Shown here piece after piece: positions 11,261 through 24,894 of a stretch of 64,000 nt of DNA. The notes beneath the pieces are model-generated. The model searched no databases. It saw only the letters and a list, made by a program, of their open reading frames with translations, and was not told the DNA's origin. The position numbers were made by a program, and so were the translations under genes. The stretch is from Sphyrna mokarran (lineage: Eukaryota). The stretch covers positions 93,186,001 through 93,250,000 of the forward strand of contig JAGIQG010000006.1 of NCBI GenBank assembly GCA_024679065.1, read 5' to 3'. The stretch's first letter is position 1; each line of letters opens with the position of its first letter.

Positions 11261-12316
11261 TATGAATAATCAACAAGAACGAATGGTTTCCCGACTGCTG
11301 TATCAAGTACTCCAAAATACAGTATTATTAGAGTAAAACATTTACTACGTTGTGTAATATCAATCATGTAATATCTTCCATTTCCCTCACCAACTATGCT
11401 GATCACCAATTAGTTTAGTTTTTATTGATGAGTCATCAGATATTTTGTTAAGACTGCCCAAATAGAGGTTCAATGTTGACAGTGAGGACAATGCATATTT
11501 GTCTTGATTAGATTTGAACCCTGGTCAGAGATGAAAGAACACAAACATAAGTCACTATTCCATCTAGTATTTTCTCTTTTTTTTTGTTCTAAAATATTAA
11601 CCTTTTTGCAATGATTCTTCCGCTGTTTTGTAATGGATACAGTGGAACCAGTACTGTCTGCTTGAAAGGGATGGCATTTTTTGCAATGGTTTCCTTCGGT
11701 AGACTGAAGTTATTTTACCTCCATTTTCTTATTTTTTTTTTCCCTTCCTAGCTGGGCTGTCCATGAATGTCAACCCATATCCACTACACCTCCCACAATA
11801 TGGCCATATTTAAGCCTACATTCTGACATCAATGGGATACTTGGTGACACAAAAGCCTCATCCTGTTTTTGTTTGCTCTGCCTTCCTGTATCACCCCACA
11901 TGCATGAAATGCACGCATGTTTTCAGCACCAGCAACTTGGCAAAGACCATATATCAGACCTGGGATATTAATTCATTTTGTGAAAAAGAAAGTAATTTAT
12001 TACACAATGCACACACATTGAACATCTTCTCTTTGCATATTGTATATTAAGTTTCTGCTCACTTTGCATGATAGATCTGTTGAGTTGATGCATCATTGTT
12101 CTAAATTATAGGGAACCTTTGTGAACATACCTGTGTGCATCCATCTAACTTATCTGTATTTATAAATATATACATTTAGTAACCGTGAAAGTGTAGAGAT
12201 TGGTATGCGTTATTTCCCTTTGATAAAGTTCACAATGTTCTATAATGTTGATATAGAACAATGACATGTCATTCCTGACATCGTCTTGGGTGCTTTTCTC
12301 TTTTCATTCTACACAG

Positions 12317-12383
12317 GTAAAGTGATGACTGTAAAAAGAAACAGGAAAAACAACCCAAATGAAGCAGGCAATTCTGCTGTCCA
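12317..12383 (+). other. Candidate internal exon
   Basis: Long polypyrimidine acceptor TTTTCTCTTTTCATTCTACACAG and donor CCA|GTGAGT, 67 bp. Confidence 0.35.
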
Positions 12384-15300
12384 GTGAGTGGACTCTTGGG
12401 AATAGGGAAAGCAGTTTTAATCTAGCCTGCCTATCAGAGTAATATTGGTCTCCATGATCTCTCATAGAAACATTGTTCTCCCTATACCTGCTCTTTGGTA
12501 AGAAGTTTACTGAAAGAGTAGCAGATATCTGAGAATGACTACATCACCAAAATATGATTTCATGGTCTAGGTAACATATTTGAAGATCAATAGCAAAATT
12601 GGAGATTTTCACACACTTTAGAATATTAATAAATGAACAATGTTGTGATTTCATAAAACCTATATACTATTAACAAGCAATTTTTTGGCAGTTGAATGAA
12701 TTTACACTAATCAGTAAATTCCTGTGTTTAATTCCTCAGTTGTTTTAGTTATCTCAACCAGCATGCTGTTTGAAGTAGGACAAGTGGGCTAAGTTTCTAT
12801 TGGATTAAAATGCTATTGGCAAATATTGACTTCCACTTTGCCAAGTACAGAGATGAGCCCAAAGATGGTCCTTGGGGATGACGTGGTAATGGAAGAGAAA
12901 TTGGTTAGTGAAGTCTAGCTTGGGCAGTCTGAACAGTTGAGGTATTAGAGGCATTGGAGGAGGAGGAGGGAATGTTTAGATTTCCACTTGAGCTGTTTTG
13001 AATAGCCAGCTGGGTGTCCATTTTTGAAACTGGGCCTCATTAAAATGTAGCTGGAATGGTGAGGTGGAAAATTAATGCTCTGTTGCAGGCCTTAATATTT
13101 GGTGACCTGATTTATTCTCTGATGAGATGGGGGCTGATGTGGCAGTGGCTCAGTTTGTTTGTGTGGATCCAAAAGGAGCATTCCTTGTTCTATTCCAATT
13201 AACCTACTTTCTGAACTTTTCTAATCAACATGCATCTCATGGACTTCCTCCAGTAAGTCCTAAATCAGGCAATCAGGTTCCTGTGTACGTCACCAGGCCT
13301 CATTTTAAAGGGCCAATTGCCTGACGTGGGCAATTCTGCTGCCCAATGGTCAATCTTTGTCTACAGAAGTAGTTGTACCTAACCTGCCCCATCAGAGAGT
13401 AATATTGGCTGGGGTTTAAAACTAGTGTTTCACACAATCCACTTGAGTTCTCAACCAGGAATTTAGATTGAGTTAAAATTGCCCCCACTCTCATGGGAAT
13501 GATGTGCTGAATCCTACCTCGCCACTTTCAGGGGGTTAATAAGAATAAACCTGATTCTACCAGACGGGAAGCCTCAAAATCTCCCCGGAGGAAATTCCTG
13601 GCCATTACTTTGAAATGAAAATAAACAGCCTGTATTACACTGACATAGAAAGGATTAAACCTTTTACTTTCTTTGTGGTCTAATTATTCAAGTTGAGTTA
13701 TATAATATGGCAAGAATTGTCCAGCTTTCTTTAGGACTGGTTTTATGTTGGATCATTTGCTGTCATGTCTTTCATGCTAAATGAGCAAGAGGCAGAAGAC
13801 GAACAATTGTCTGGCCGTTCATTTGATAACCTAATATGGCAAGGATAAATCATGTTCAAAGCTAAGGAGTTCAAAGAACAAGGTGCACGAGGTGTAAATC
13901 TTTCACTTCATCATTTTACTCATGCAGAACAGTCTGATGGACTCTGAAAGGTAGTGAATCTGCATGCTGGACTTTGCATTGTCACTCCACATGCACAGCA
14001 AACAAGCTGGGTTCTGAAGTTTGAGCGAAAGACATGGAAAAAACGCTTTTTCAGCTGAAGCTTACTCTTTGTTTAGGAGGCTGGGAATAACCTCCAACCC
14101 CCTCACCTGACAAAAGCAAATATTGAACAACTTGAGCATAATTAATCCATTCAATACAAATGCGGAAGGAAGACGGATATAAGGTGTTTTATTTCTCATA
14201 TCTCTTTTGGTTATAATTGAGGTCTAACAATAAGAGACAAAATGCATGGCATTTATATGGAAACATATATCTTTATTTTCATCAAGTATTTAGCTAATAG
14301 TTTGGATGATTGGATTCCTGCCCAGTGCAATACTGAGATATGCCAACTGCCGCAAGGAGACTTACTGCAACAGTTGATTTGTTTGAAAGTTTTTCAAAAA
14401 TTGCTTGTACACCTTTAGATTGCTTCACTGTACTTTCAGGACACAATGTTAGTCTGTTGTTGCAATTGTGAGGAACTTGAGAGCTGCATACCCTGTGGAG
14501 CCCATTTGATTCAGATTCAGTCAAGTCAGAGATTTCTGTGGTCCTAACTGCACAGCAGGTCTCTAAAGTGTGGATTTTTCACAATCTGGTTGAATGGAAA
14601 ATAGTCCTTTTCCAGGTTGTGACTCTGCTTCAAGTTAAAACAGTTACGTCAGCTGTGATTACAGTTCAGAAAGTACCTTTTGTTGGTGGCGATGAGCTTT
14701 GAGACTAAAGTGCTATATGAATGCAAACTTTTTTTCCCACTTGTTCCTGTCCTGTGGTGCTGCTTAGTTATGTGATTTGAGTGTATGTGGAAACAAAATG
14801 AAGAACTTGCATTTTATATGGTGCCTTTTTATATCCTTTTATTGCCAAAAAGCAGGTTTCTGAAAATAGCCCCAGGTTTCAACGCTGCCACTGGATATTA
14901 CCCATTCTGTTGACCAACCATCCTAAAATATTGCTGCATGAATCCCTGGAGTGGATATCATGCAGTCCAGTGACTGAAACTTCCTTTTGGAAGAATTCAC
15001 TACCCCTCCCTCCGCCTTATTCTTATTTACTACCATGTTTTCTGCTTTGCTTGGCATGGTAACATGTTAACCATCACTATGTGTGTAATATTATTTTGTC
15101 TTGTTTTGGATCAGAAATGGAGTGTGATAGTGTGGTGCTTATGTTGAACTGGTAATCCAAAAAACTAAAGATCCTTGATGCTGTGGATTGGAAATTGTGG
15201 GGGGGCAGGGGTAACATCAAGGCCTCTTGACTCCAATGGTTTAACAATCCAGATTGAGGGATTATAGATGCAGTGCACAATTGAATGTAAATCATTCAGG

Positions 15301-16389
15301 ACAAGTAGGAATAACTTTATTTTTGAAAACAGTTTCTGTGGATCGTACCCACCAGAGTAAATGATTAAAAGGGAGACTACTGGGTGAATTTTTTCCTCAG
15401 CCCCATGGAGACAGGGTGGAGTAGGGGAATGCAGCAAAACAGGGAGAAGCTTTATCAAAACAACTTCTCAACATATTCTGACCTTTTGGAACTTTCCCAG
15501 GGATTGTCTGGGACTAGGGTCAGCTGTTTCTCTTTCTGCACTTAATGAGTTTCATCTGTTCTCATAGCAAATATTTTCCTGGAACAGGTTGCTAGCTGGT
15601 CACCACTCCCAGTGTGGCTGATCAGGAGTATCTCCTGCTCTTACTGCCAGCTATTGGCATGTTTGGGAGGATTGGCAGGTTGGTGTTCAACCTGTTTGTC
15701 TGTGTCTGAATGCACTTTCCTTGGCCATTAAGTCCTGGGGTGGAACTAGTTCTGGCCAGAATGCCACCACTATGCCACACGACACACCCCATCCCCAGTT
15801 GAGCAGCCAACTAAAGCAATTAAGGTCCCATTTGGGGGGTGGGGGCGTCGGTACTTTCAGCTTGAGGCAGTCTCCCAGCATCTGACAAGGCTACCATCAG
15901 AGCTAATGGCTCAACGCTGTGATGCTGGACGAGATCAAAGGCCACATCTTGCAGATGGATTTCTTCTCCCATCTCAATGCCCCTCCCAGCTTTGCATCTT
16001 TGAAATCTTTGAAGGCGACTGAGTTTGCTCCCACTGCCCTGGTGCTCACTTACCTATTCCAGCACCACAAACCTCTCCCAGTCCAGCTGCTATCCTGTTA
16101 TCACTGGGATGTTTTCATTTGGTATCCTGCCTCATGGTTCCACCCTGCGACTTAATAGGATGGTGAATGCAGAGATGGTCAGTGAGTAGCTTGCCTCCTG
16201 GAAGGTTGCCCAGTGGGTATGCTGTGACTTGGGTGGGCTCAGGACATCCATATGGGTGCCCCTGGAAACCTTAGCTCCATATCACTACTTAAGAAAAGAC
16301 CAGAAAGGTGGTTGATCAGAATAAGGATAAAGGAATACTGGAACAGTGTAACTGTGTGGAATAATACTATTCCTCATGCTCTTGTTTAT

Positions 16390-16675
16390 GGGTGACACAG
16401 TGGTTAGCATCACTGCCTCACGGTTCCAGTTCGATTCCCAGCTTGGGTCGCTGTCTGAGTAAAATTTGCACATTCTCCCCATGTTTGCATGGGTTTCCTC
16501 CCACACTCCAAAAATATGCAGGTTGGGTGGATTGGCAATGCTGAATTGCACCTTACTGTCAGGGAGATTAGCGAGGGTAAGTGCTTGAGGTTACGGAGAT
16601 AGAACCTGGATAGGATTGTGGTTGGTGCAGACTCACTGGACTGAATGACCTCCTTCTGCACTGTAGATTCTATGG
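16390..16675 (+). mobile_element. HE1-type V-SINE, tail type A
   Basis: CACAGTGGTTAGCATCACTGCCTCAC, GTTCGATTCC B box, core, and tail TGAATGACCTCCTTCTGCACTGTAGATTCTATG. Confidence 0.9.
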
Positions 16676-17530
16676 TAAAGACCGAATAACCTGATTAAGT
16701 GAAATAGTTTGTTCCAAATTGCAATCTATGTAATTCTAAGTACTTCTCAATGTACAGATACAAGCTAAACTTAAAACATTTTCTTGATTTTTTTTTTCAA
16801 TTCTGTGAATGAAGTAAAATGGGTTTTCCAAAAAAAAATGAAAATATACCGGTTTAGGTGGAACTTGTTTTGTCCCAGAACACTGTTTGGGAAATGAAAA
16901 CAATGAAACAGGAAACAAAATTGCACTAATATCGGACATAATTGGGACTTGACCACAAGTTCGAGGACGTTGTCCAATTTGATGTAAAATATTATTTTTC
17001 AGAATCAAAAAGTAAACATGAGCTAAATAATCCAAAAACTGTTCAATTTCTGTCCTTCAATCCACATTTGTCTCAGCCTGTGCGTGAAATAATGAAAAAA
17101 AAGATGCAAGGGACAGAGGAGCTGGGTTCACATAAGCGACATAGATATTCAGCAGCAAAAGAATGATTGGTTTCTCAGCTAAGCGGAATACAGCAGAGCA
17201 CATCAACAGTTGTGTAGTTAGATGGTAAAGCCAAGCAAATTCATAGGGATGCAATCAGTTTATAAGGATGCTATTGATCCTTCTTTATTTTGTACCCTGT
17301 CAAGCATTTTGTGTGGATGCTTTGCTGAGCAATTTAATTTCAGTTTATTATTTGAGGTACACTGCTTCAATTTCAGCAGTGCTTTTTTTTAAACAAACTG
17401 AGTAACAACTATGAAGGTAGGAACTAAATGGGCTGCATTATCCTACACTGACAGAAAATTGAAAGCATCTCGTACCCAATGAAATGCTTTGAAGAAGCCA
17501 GAAAGAGTAGATCGCGACCTGTTCACGAGA

Positions 17531-17830
17531 GGGGGACACAGTGGCACAGTGGTCAGGGCTACTGCTCACAGCCACAGGGACCGGGGTTCATTTCCTAGCT
17601 TGGCTTGCTGTCTGTGTGGAATTTGCACGTTCTCCCCATTTCTGCATGGGTTTTCTCCAGGTGCTCTGGTTTCTTCCCAAAGTCCCACGTGCTAGTTAGG
17701 AACATTGGCTATGCTACATTCTCCCTCGGTTACCTGAACAGGCACTGGAGTGTGACGACTAGGGGATTTTCACAGTAATTTCATTGCAGGATGAATGTAA
17801 GCCTACTGGTGACTAATAAATAAACTTTAA
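17531..17830 (+). mobile_element. HE1-type V-SINE, tail type B
   Basis: GGCACAGTGG head, GGTTCATTTCC B box, core, and tail ACTAGGGGATTTTCACAGTAATTTCATTGCAG...AATAAATAAACTTT. Confidence 0.9.
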
Positions 17831-19084
17831 AAAATAAATTTTAAAGGCAGGAAGAATGAAGGAGAGGCTGAAATGAACTAAAGAACCTGGCAAAGCAGAA
17901 GTCAAACTTCCTTTAATAAAGGATAAATTTGGAGTTAATAATCAGCTGCTTTTCAACTGCATTGAAGTGTTATCCTTTTTTGTCTCAATAGCTTGTCTAA
18001 AAGGCATGAAATAGACCAAACAAAACCTCTCATATCTTTGGGAACTCTTCTATGGAATTTAGTACCAATTAAAATTGTCAGAACTATCACCAGTATTTCT
18101 GGCTGCAGATTGGGAACTTGGCTGATTCTGTCCTTGTCCTCATTTTGTATGAGGTTTAATGATGAAACTTAACCAAATTGACACAGGGAAGCATGATAGG
18201 AAAATTTATTTGAAAAGTAGCTTTCAGTTTCAAGCAGGTTGTTTTTCTGGGAATCCATTCAGACAGTTTTTACATTTGTTTCACACTGCTAAGAATGTTC
18301 TCAGTGGTTAACAATTTGATCTACTTATATTCATAACCTGCATTTATATAGTGCATTAATGTTCACAAGTTTTTAATAGCTTGTAAAATGTAAATAATTT
18401 CAAGTAACTGTCTCTTATTTTCCTGGACCCTCCAGTCATGACTTCATGAGAAGTCATGAGGTGTGACAGAAGTAATCTGGGTTGTAAATTTTGAAAATAT
18501 AAATTCAAAATTGTGAGTAACTGACTAACTTTGGAGCAGAATTTAATGCAGCAATTATGGATATGTTCTTTTTGTCTTGCGCAATCATTCTTTATCTGGA
18601 TATACTTGCATGAAACTGGCTGTTTGACATTGGAAGGTGGAAGGACATTTTTCATCTCTGCTTAAGCCTCAAGAACCAATTGTGAAGTCCACCTGTGGAA
18701 CTGACTATCCAATCAATCACATTGTTGACAATTCCACAGAAAACGATCCCCTTCAATGTATGGATCCTTAGGGATTAGTCTGTGAAAACGTTTTGATCTT
18801 GACCTTTTGATGCCTGCTTTTGTTACAATCAGTGTCCATTTTCTTCAATCTTAGTCTCCTCAAGGCACTGACACAGTCTGAAATATGGCTCTTTAAGTAT
18901 CTCATCTTCACCTGTGAGCATATTCAGTCAATACTGTCAAGAGGCTAAGTTTCCATTGAAGGCCTTGCAACAAAATCAAACTTGTTCCTACTCTCTCTCT
19001 TGATAACACTGGGAAAACTGTCCAGACCACAATTAGTAGCTAACAGAAATACCCATATAGGTATGAAAATAAAAATGGGGATAA

Positions 19085-19320
19085 GACCAGCATTTATTGT
19101 CAGTCCCTTGCTGAAAGGTTTTCTGGGTCACTTCAGACAGCAGTTAACAGCCAGTCACATCATTGTTGGACTGAGTCACATATAGGCCCAAGAGCAAGTG
19201 AGGGTGATGGAAGTATTTTCTAGGTGGCAAAAACTGTGAATCAGTTGATGTTTTAACAATTACCCAACAACTTTATAGTCAATTTTACTAATAGCTTATT
19301 TTCTAAAACTTAAAGTTCAG
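19085..19320 (-). mobile_element. Decayed fragment of the second tRNA-SINE family (40940 type)
   Basis: CCAGCATTTATTG...CAGTTAACAGCCAGTCACATCATTG...GAGTCACATATAGGCC is collinear with the reverse complement of 40940-41278. Confidence 0.5.
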
Positions 19321-19569
19321 CTAGTTAGGAGGTTAAAATACAAGGAAGCAGGCAATCTGATCCCATTTATACCCTTTTTAAATTGTAAAGTGTGAAATAA
19401 GGCGATAGGTGAGGTGTCCTCAAAGGTCGAGGGCCCTAATTACCATGACAAAGTTGCAATTTTATAATATGGAAAGAGAAGACTTGTGGGATTCTAGCTC
19501 CTGAGCCAAAGCAGAAGCTACCTGTTTCCTGATGTAAATTATTCTTTAAGCACTCCTTATGGTACTCTA

Positions 19570-22500
19570 GTGCCTTAATCATCTTCAAAGTATGGTTTCT
19601 AAAACTGGATGCAGTATTTCAAGTAAGACTTAACTAGTTCTTACACAAGTTCAACATGATCTCCTTACTCTTGTACTCAATGCCCCTATTAATATTACCC
19701 AAGATACTATTTGCTTTATTAGCTGCTCTCTCTCCTGCCATCTTCAATAACATGTATGCATATACCAAGGTCTTGCTGTTCCTGTACCTCCTTTAGAGTT
19801 TCTCCTTAATGTTATACTGTTTGTCCATATTCTTCCTGCCTAAATGAATCACCTCGCACTTCTCTACATTGACCTTTACCTGCCACTTGTCTACCCAATC
19901 CAACATCATGGTGATGTCCCTTTTGAAATTCATGATCAACCTCATCACAGTTGACAATGTTTTCAATCTTATCATCTGCAAATTTTGAAATCATGTCCTG
20001 AACACTACAGTCAGGATCATTAATAATATGAGGAACAGCAAGGGTTCCAATTCTGACCTTTGGGGATCCAACAACAAATTTACCTCCAATCTGGAAAAAC
20101 AATCTTTCATCGCTACTCTCTGCTTCCTTGTCACTCAACCAATTTCTCATCCAAGTGTCTACTTTCACTTTTATTCCATGAGCTAGAATTTTGCCCAGAT
20201 CTGCAGTGTGCACTGTACCAAATGCCTTTTAAAAGCCATATACATCACATCAATAGCATTGCCTTTATCAATTCTGAATAATCTCAGAAAACTCCAAGTT
20301 AGTTAAACATGATTTCACTTAATTCATGTTGGTGTTCTTTCATAATCCTGCACTTGTCTAATTGACTATTGACTTTGTCTCAAACTATAGTTTCCAAAAG
20401 TTCCATTACCTCTGAAATTAAACCGGCTGATCTGTAGTTGTTGGCTTTATCCTTTCTGAACAAGGATGTAACATCTGCAATTCTCAAGTCCTCTGGCACC
20501 ACTCCTGTAGCTAAGGAAGGCTAAAATGTTATCACTTCCATTTTCCTTGACATTTTTGGATGCATTGTGTCTGATCCTGGTTTTTTTATCTCAAGTAAAA
20601 GTAACCTTTCTAATACCACCTTCTCAAAAGTAGATTCTTTCTCATTTTGGCCTGCATAGCATGTTATTCCTTTTATAAAGATGGATGCAAAGTGCTTGAT
20701 AAATGCCTCCACTATTTCTACTGTCTCCATTTGCAAATGCCCTGTTTTTATTCTAATTGCCCTACTTTCTTTTATAATTTTTTTTGTTTATAGAAGAACT
20801 TGGGGTTCCCTTTTATGTTAGCTGCTAATTTATTTTCATGCTTTCTCCTTGCTTTTCTTAGTTTTTTTCACTTCCCCTCTCTGATTCTTCTATTTTCAGC
20901 TTGATTCTCTGTTGCATTTTCTACATGACATCTGTCATATGTGCCTTTTTCTTTATTTCTCTCATCTAGGACACTCTGGATTTATTTATCCTACATTTCC
21001 CCTTCAAGGAAATATACCTTGACATTGTCTAGAAGTTTCTTTGAAGATGACCCATTGTTGAGCTAGCATCTTTTCTGCCAATATTTGATTCTAACTCATT
21101 TAATTCTGGTGCATTTTCATCCGATTGAAGTTGGCTTTCCTCCAATTAATTGTCCCTGCTCTGGTTGTTCATTGTCTTTTTGAACGACCAACCTAAAGCT
21201 TATGATAAAATGGTCTCCCACTGATAATTGACCTATTGGGCCAACTTGTTACCCAGAACTAGGTCCAACTGTGCCTGCCCTCATGAACTGGAAATGTACT
21301 GTTGCAGAAAATTATCTTGAACATATTCCAGGATCTCTTGCCCCTTGTGTCCTTTTGCAATTTTCCGATCCAATCTATATTTGAATAATTGAAGTCCCCC
21401 TGTATAATTTACTGTGTGATTCTTGCACCTGTCTATACTTTTAAAATTTGTTTCTCTACTACCTTTCCATGAGTTGGTGATCTGTGATCAGCCTAGTGTA
21501 ATGTTAATGCACATTTTTCATTCCTTACATCTAGCCAGAGATTCCATCCTTGACCATTCTGGAACAAGCACTTTGTCCATTATTGTAATTCCATCTTTAA
21601 TCAATACTGTCATTCCCCATCCCCTTTTTCTTACTTTCATGTGTCTCCTAAATCCCATCCAAGGTATTTTCCAGCTGTATTCACCCCAATTCAGGAAAAT
21701 CCACTCCATGCTATCCTGATTGGCAGTAGGTGACTAGTGGAATGCCGCAGGAATCAGTGCTGGGGCCTCAACTGTTTATCATTTACATAGATGATCTGGA
21801 GGAGGGGGCTGAGTGTAGGGTAACAAAATTTGCTGATGATACGAAGATGAGTGAAAAAGTGAATTGCGTGGAAGTCGCGGAAAATCTGCAGAGAGATCTG
21901 GATAGGCTGAGTGAGTGAGTGAGGACCTGGCAAATAGAGTATAACGTGAGCAAATGTGAGGTTATCCCGTTTGGTAGAAATAATAGTAGGAGGGATTATT
22001 ATTTAAAGGGCGAAAAGCTGCAGCATGTTACAGTGCAAGAGGGACCTGGGGATCCTTGTGCGCAAATCGCAAAAACCCAGTCTGCAGGTGCAGCAGGTGA
22101 TCAAGAAGGCGAATGGAATGTTGGCCTTTATGGCAAGGGGGATAGAATATAAAAGCAGGGAGATCTTGCTGCAATTGTACGGGATACTGGTGAGGCCACA
22201 ACTAGAGTACTGTGTGCAGTTTTGGTCACCGCACTTGCAAAGGGACATATTGGCCTTGGCGGGAGTACAGAGAAGGTTCACCAGGCTGATACCAGAGATG
22301 AATAGTTAGCCTATGAAGAGAAATTGAATAGACTGGGTCTGTACTCGATAGAGTTTAGAAGGCTGAGAGGGGATCTTGTAGAGACATAAGATAATCGAGG
22401 GGGTAGATAGGGTCGAGGTAGAGAGATTCTTCCCACTTAGGATAGCAGAACTAGAGGGCACAGCCTCAAAATAAGGGAGGGGAGGCAGTTTAAATCAGAG

Positions 22501-23000
22501 TTGAGGAAGAACTTCTTCACTCAGAGTGGTGAGTCTCTGGAATTCTCTGCCCATTGAAGTGGTGGAAGTTACCTTGCTGAATATATTTAAGTCACGGTTA
22601 GATAAATTTCTGATAGACAAGGGAATTAAGGGTTATGGGAAGAAAGTGGGAAAGTGGAACTGATCCACTTCAGACCAGCCATGATCTTGTTGAATGGCAG
22701 AGCAGGCTCGAAGGGCTAGATGGCTACTCTTGCTCCTACTTCTCATGTTCTTATGTCCCACCCACTATGATTCTTATGGAGGAGGGGTGGGACTGAAAAA
22801 ATCCACCCCTTGTATTTAGGAGTATTTAATGCCCTGTCCTGCCCTTCTTTGAACCAGATCTCTGTTCTAGTAATATTCCATTCAGTTTGGCAATCTATGC
22901 ATCTAGTTCACTGATCTTATTAGCCACACTATATGTACATTCCTATATATTAACTCTGATTTAAGTTTTTTTTGCTTCCTTATTTTACTTACTCTGACCC
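19570..23000 (-). mobile_element. Old CR1 (HER1-like) LINE, frameshifted, split by nested insertions at about 21660-22810
   Basis: RT motifs ISKFADD and DWVDKWQVKVNVEKCEVIHLGRKN (ORFs 19793-20213), KPGSDTMHPK (20521-20736), RGWGMTVLIKDGIT (21518-21709). Endonuclease N-terminal motif TEIWFKEGQDRALNTP resumes after 22810. Confidence 0.85.
21720..22757 (+). mobile_element. Younger 5'-truncated CR1 LINE (RT C-half plus 3' UTR)
   Basis: [23 protein letters not shown]...KFADDTK, WQIEYNVSKCEV, RDLGILV...LVRPQLEYCVQFWSPHL. Ends in a (TTCTTATG)-type terminal repeat. Contains stops and frameshifts. Confidence 0.95.
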
Positions 23001-23039
23001 AATCTAATGATACTAAACTTGGTTTAAATAATGGTTTAA

Positions 23040-23310
23040 AAATGAGGGGTATCCCAGTTGAGGTTGAGATAACAACAAGATTTTTTTTCTGATATTACTC
23101 TGGTTATTCTGTGGATTTCTCTGAACAGAGATCTGTAAAAGCAATTGAGATCATTGAATACGCTGAAGGCTGAATGAAACAGATTTTTGATTGACAAGAG
23201 TGCCAAAGGCTATAGAGAACAGAAGGAAGTGGAGTTGACACTACAATCTTATTGAATAGCAGAACAGGCTCAAGTGACCAAATAGCCTGTTCCTGCTTCT
23301 AATCGTCTTC
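23040..23310 (+). mobile_element. Decayed CR1 3' end fragment
   Basis: TTTAAAAATGAGGGG...CAGATTTTTGATTGACAAG...ATCTTATTGAATAGCAGAACAGGCTCAAG...GCCTGTTCCTGCTTCTA is collinear with 22460-22750. Confidence 0.7.
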
Positions 23311-23424
23311 CATAAGACATAACAGCTAACAGCAGAGCCAATCCAGGGAAAAATCTAAATGTAATTTAGACCTTGCTCACAATACAGTCAATTCCCCTGA
23401 ACTTATGCTAGAATATATTGAGGG

Positions 23425-24279
23425 TGTGATGGGTCCTGTAGGACTAGGGTTAATATTATCCTTCTGTTGCTGTTCATACATCCACAAATGTGTTGCAAAA
23501 AGCTATAAACATACAATATTGTTTGGAATTTGGGAAGGTAACAGTTGAACTTGATAACAAAATAACAGACAAGTAAAAGGTTAGCAGATGTCTTGATGAA
23601 TAATGAAATGCAATTTTCCCAGTGATAAAATTAGCAGGCATCTAAAGAAATTGAGGAGCAAATTGCTGTATCAGAAACATTGTTTACCAGAGATTAGTGG
23701 GTTATACAAATGATAACTTCTAAAGACAAGAAATTTGAGAGATGAGAGGATCTGAATCCATAGACTGAAATCAGGGACTGAACAGTTTAACTGCTAGCAC
23801 CTTCACTGGGAAGCAGGCTAGTTTTCCTTAATAGTCAGAGGCCAATTCCATTTATGATCAGAGTCATAAGAGGTTTTATTACGGACATTCTCTTCTAAAA
23901 TATGTAGTTTTGTATCTTTCCTGAACCAGGAAAACACTTTCCCAGACTTGGTCATCTAAGCTAACGATCAACTTTTTGATTTGACTTAGGTTATTGTTTG
24001 GGAAAAGAGTGTCTCTGAGTTCAGGGAGTATGGGTATATTTTGAGAATTGGTATGATTAGTTGTTCATATACTTAAGTGCCCTAGTGTATATTAGTCTTT
24101 CTTGTCATGTGTTTTTTCTTTTACTTTATTAAATACTATAAATTGTTTATACAATGACTGGACTGTTTCCTCACTGGGTTTTGCATTATTCCAAATATAC
24201 ACCATTAAGAACCAGTGTTTCAAGTTAACCTTTGGCATTTGAGGCACTTTCACAGGTAACATCAATTGGGTTCTAAACA
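23425..24279. mobile_element. Possible solo LTR
   Basis: Starts TGTGAT, ends AACA, has an ATTAAA signal near the 3' end and abuts a LINE fragment. No clean TSD was found. Confidence 0.35.
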
Positions 24280-24440
24280 GGTAGTGATTGGCCAGGTTGA
24301 ACTTTGTCTTGCTTTTGTGGACAGGACACAGCTGTGTAATTTTCCACATTGCCAGGTAGATACTATAGTGTTATAATTGTACTGAAGAAGCTTGGTTAGG
24401 GGAGCAGTAAGTTTTTTTTTTGAGCACAAGTCTTTAGTTT
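24280..24440 (-). mobile_element. LINE RT N-terminal fragment (CR1/L2 group)
   Basis: LTAPLTKLLQYNYNT and MWKITQLCPVHK..K.NLANHY correspond to the PLxKLF...W(K)xAxVxPVHKK..P.NYRP motif. Confidence 0.75.
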
Positions 24441-24894
24441 CATTGTCAGGATGTTGTGAAAAGTTTTCAGCATGTCTCCGATGCTTTTTACCAATGACCA
24501 TATCTGTGCCCTTCAGGTTCAACGCATACAAGTTGTCATTGTTAGGAAGTGGCATTTGCCTTGTATCTAGTTATCACAGTACAAAAATAATATTGCAGGT
24601 ATTGAAAGTATTCAAAAGAGAGGAACTAGGGTAATGGTGGGGAGGAGACTGTTGTGATTAACATGATAATGCATTCATATTTCATATAGTTTTCCATGTT
24701 TCTGCAAAAGCATCTTTATCCATGGCCTAACCAATACGATTCACCATCTTGTTTGTGTTCAATGTTATATATACACTCAAAACTGCATGGCCTCTTTTGA
24801 TACTGCCTTTACGTGCAATCTTCCTTTTAAAGATCTATGTATCTACACTTTTAGATCATTGTTACTCCATGTCATATTGGGTGCTACTGTTTTA

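Noticed and set aside
16390-16450. tRNA genes at A/B-box motifs
   Set aside because: These are SINE heads followed by SINE bodies, with no complete cloverleaf.
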